From: an uncultured Gemmatimonadaceae bacterium | GTDB taxonomy: Bacteria > Gemmatimonadota > Gemmatimonadetes > Gemmatimonadales > Gemmatimonadaceae | Assembly (NCBI GenBank): GCA_963790305.1 | Contig: CAWBOC010000001.1 | Location: 64,001 to 128,000, forward strand | Length of the DNA: 64,000 nt | Direction: 5' to 3' | Part shown: positions 60,885-64,000 of the stretch, piece by piece | How positions within the stretch are numbered: the first letter of the stretch is position 1 | How the letters are laid out: each line of letters begins with the position of its first letter | The notes under the pieces: model-generated | Seen by the model: only the letters and a program-made list of their open reading frames with translations | What the model was told of the DNA's origin: nothing | Databases searched by the model: none | Made by a program: the position numbers and the translations under genes

Positions 60885-63800
60885 CGTCACCGTGAACCGG
60901 GTGCCTTCGCCGGGCGTACTCTCCAGAGCGAGGTCGCCCCCGAGTAACCGCGCGAGCCGGCGAGCGACGCTGAGTCCGAGGCCGGTACCCCCAACCTGAC
61001 GAGTCGCCGACTGCTGCACTTGCCAGAATGCCTCGAACACCTTGTCGGCGTTCTCCTTCGAGATGCCGATGCCGGTGTCCTCGACGACCACGACAATGCC
61101 GCCGTCGCGCTCCGCGAGCGTCAGCGTCGACGTGTCCGCGCTCGGTGAACTTCACCGCGTTCGAGAGCAAATTGAGGAGAATCTGGCGCACTTTGCCGGC
61201 GTCGGTTTCCATCGCAATCGCATGGTTCGGCACGCGCGTGACGAAGTCGAGCCCCTTCTCCCGCGCCATGGGCTCGATGAGCACGATGGTATCGCGGACG
61301 AGCGCGACCGCATCCGCCGGAGCCCGGACGACCGCCTCGCGACCCGCTTCCATTCGGGAGAAGGTGAGAATCTCCTCGACGATCTCGAGCAAGTGGCGAG
61401 ACGCGGTCCGGATCCGCTGCACGTGACCATTCGTCTGCGACGGAATGGCCGTCGGCACGCCCATGAGCAGCAGCTCGGCGTATCCGATGATCGCGTTCAA
61501 CGGCGTGCGCAGCTCGTGCGACATGACGGCGAGGAAGTCGCTCTTGGCACGGCTGGCAATGAGCGCCGTCTCGTACAGACGGGCGTTGTCCACCGCCATC
61601 GCCGCGCGCCGCGCAATCTCCTGAGCGAGCGCGAGCTCCTCATCGCCGTACCGCCGTCTCGACTCGGCGCTGACGAGAGTGAGGACGCCGAGCATGCGAT
61701 CGCGTCCTTCGATGGGAACGGAGACGTACGAAACCGGTGTGATTCCCTCCATGGTGCTCGCGCGGTGATCATCGGGCGCTTCGAGATCGTGCCTCTGCGG
61801 TGATACGACCGGGACGAGCTCCGCGTCCCCGGTGCGTGCCACGTGTCCAGGCCCCGACGGCGCGTCGAGCGATATCGGATTGCGAGTGCTGAGCTGCCTG
61901 ACGCGCTCCGCCTTGGCGCGGTCGGCGTGCGCCACCGCCACGCGGTGCAATGTGTCCGGATTGGATTCGTCGATGACGTCGACGACACACCAGTCGGCCA
62001 GCGTCGGTACCACCAGCCGCGTAAGCTCCGTGAGCGCCTGGTCGCCATCGAGCGTCGAGGCCAGCACGCGGCTCGCCTCCATGAGAAACCGCTGCATCTC
62101 CTCGGCGCGCTTGCGGTCGGAGATGTCGCGCCAGTATCCGGTGAAGCAGGGCGCTCCCGCGGCGGGCACGCGCGTAATCGTCAGCTCGACGGGAAACTCG
62201 GTTCCGTCCGATCGGAGGCCACGAAGCTCGATGCGTCGGCCAAGGAATCGGGTTTCGCCGGTCTCGAGGTGCGCGTGCAGCGCCGCGCGGAAGACCTCCC
62301 GAGGCGACGGCGGAAGGATCAGCTCCCCCATTTCCCTTCCCACGGCCTGCGACGGCGGCCACCCAAAGGTTCGCTCGGCGGCCGGGTTCCAGTCGGTAAT
62401 GCGTCCCGACGCGTCGAAAGAGATGACGCAGTCGATCGCACTGTCAATGACGGCGCGCGTGCGCGCCTCGCTCTCGCGCACCGCGAGCTCCGCCCGGCGG
62501 CGCTCGAGGAACTGACCGGCCTGACTGCCGATGCTCTGCGCCATTTGCAGCAGCTCGTCGTCCGGGTACCGGATCTCGGTACTGAAGAATTCCATCACGC
62601 CCACGACGCGTCCGGCATCGATGAGCGGGAACGACAGCGCGGCATGCAGGTCACGGTCCGCGAATAGCGCGGCGCGGGTGAATCCCGTCTCGCGCGCGAT
62701 GTCGGGAATCCAGAGCGGCGCGGCCGCGGCCCAGGTTTGCCCGGGAATGCCGACCCCGCACTCGAACGCGATGGCGCGATTCGCCTCCGCGAACGCTTCG
62801 TCGTGCTCGTGGTCGAAATGAATGTCCGCGCACCGCAGGACCTGTCGCTGCGCATCGAGCGCCCAGTGGAGCCCCACGTCCCAGCCAAGACTATCGCAGA
62901 TGCCGCGCAATATGCGCGGCGCCGCTTCGGACATGCCGCTCGATTCGGCGAGCGTCTGCGTGACGACGAACTGGGCCGCGAGCCGGCGTTCCGCTCGCTT
63001 GCGCATCCCAATGTCGATGAGCACTCCCCGCAGCTGACACGGATGACCGTGTTCGTCGCGCGCTCCATAGACCATCTCGCGCATCCACGTCACGCGACCA
63101 TCCGCGCTCAGCAGGCGATACTCGCTCTCACTGTGATCGCACGATTCGGCGACGTCGGCGAGGTGCTCGCGCACGTGCTCCCGATCGTCGGGGTGCACGA
63201 TCCGCTCGACGTACGCCCCGGGCTCGAGCCAGACGTCGGCGGGCCATCCCAGCATCGATTCGGCTCGGCGATTCACGAACGTGAAATCCTGGGTGCGTGC
63301 GTCGGCTTCCCAGACGATGGCATCAATGCCTTCGACCAGATCGCGATAGCGGTGCTGCGCATCGACCGCGGCCGTCCGCGCGCCGCGCTCGGCATCCAGC
63401 AGCCGGGCCTGGGCGATCGCCGTCGCCACACGGTCGGCGACGAGCTGTAGGAGACGAATGTCATCCTCGGTGAAGTGCCGAGACGCGTCCGTGCCGATCT
63501 CGAGAACGCCTAACACACGCCCTTCGACGAGCAAGGGTGCCGCCGCCAACGAGCTGAACCGTCGGAGTGCTTGACGCACGCCAGGCATCGCCGCGACATC
63601 ATCGACCGCGGCGGCCTCGCGGCTGAGCGCAACCTGGCCCGAGAGTCCCTCGCCCACCGACATCCGCACGTGCTTCGTTACCTCCTCCTCGAGGCCATTG
63701 GAGGCACATGCCACGAGCGTCTTGCCCGTCCTCCGCAATTTCGAGCACCGTCGCGTAGTCCGCTGCCAGGTGCTTGCGAATGCGCGAGAGGAGCTCGCGC

Positions 63801-64000
63801 AGCAGTGCGTCGAAGGAGAGCGTCGCGAGCGCCGGATCGGTGACGGCTCGGAGGGCGCGGATGCGCGCAGTCGCCGCGTCGGCACGATCGCTGGCGTCCC
63901 ACCACTCGCGGCGCAGCCACGCGGCTCGACGATGCGTCACGGCCCCCGCCATCATCGCCACCAGCAATGCCCCGAGCTCAGCGACGACCGTTAGGCGATC
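60795..64000 (-). CDS. GAF/PAS sensor histidine kinase, 5' end beyond window, frameshifted
   Basis: [47 protein letters not shown]. Confidence 0.92.

Overview
High-GC bacterial DNA; gene content and order suggest Gemmatimonadota (inference, not verified). 1-37.4 kb is mostly core genes: mfd (partial), BatA/VWA and DUF58 genes, lepA, a heptosyltransferase, two sugar kinases, a STAS/HATPase module, ftsEX-envC-nfo, a Zn/Mn uptake operon led by a CxxC/RAPP (DUF2946-like) uORF, maeB-pckA, HD/PP2C/FHA genes, an ABC exporter, uvrA and tRNA-Asn. 37.4-42.8 kb is an integrase-less ion-homeostasis islet (crcB, DUF190, CPA1 antiporter, nhaA) bounded by a direct repeat of the tRNA-Asn 3' half; accessory genes follow. 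50.7-60.9 kb is the main discovery candidate: a tightly coupled 10-gene biosynthetic operon (FabH-like KAS III, acyl-thioester reductase, ACP, SerRS-like amino acid:carrier-protein ligase, two ferritin-like diiron proteins, BtaA/DUF3419-like transferase, GNAT, radical SAM/SPASM, MMPL exporter), probably making an amino-acid-derived lipid. Across the window are about 13 hairpin elements built from 7-10 bp tandem repeats, some translated inside genes. Many single-base frameshifts occur right of about 31.7 kb, most likely sequencing errors, so coordinates there are reconstructed by hand and approximate.
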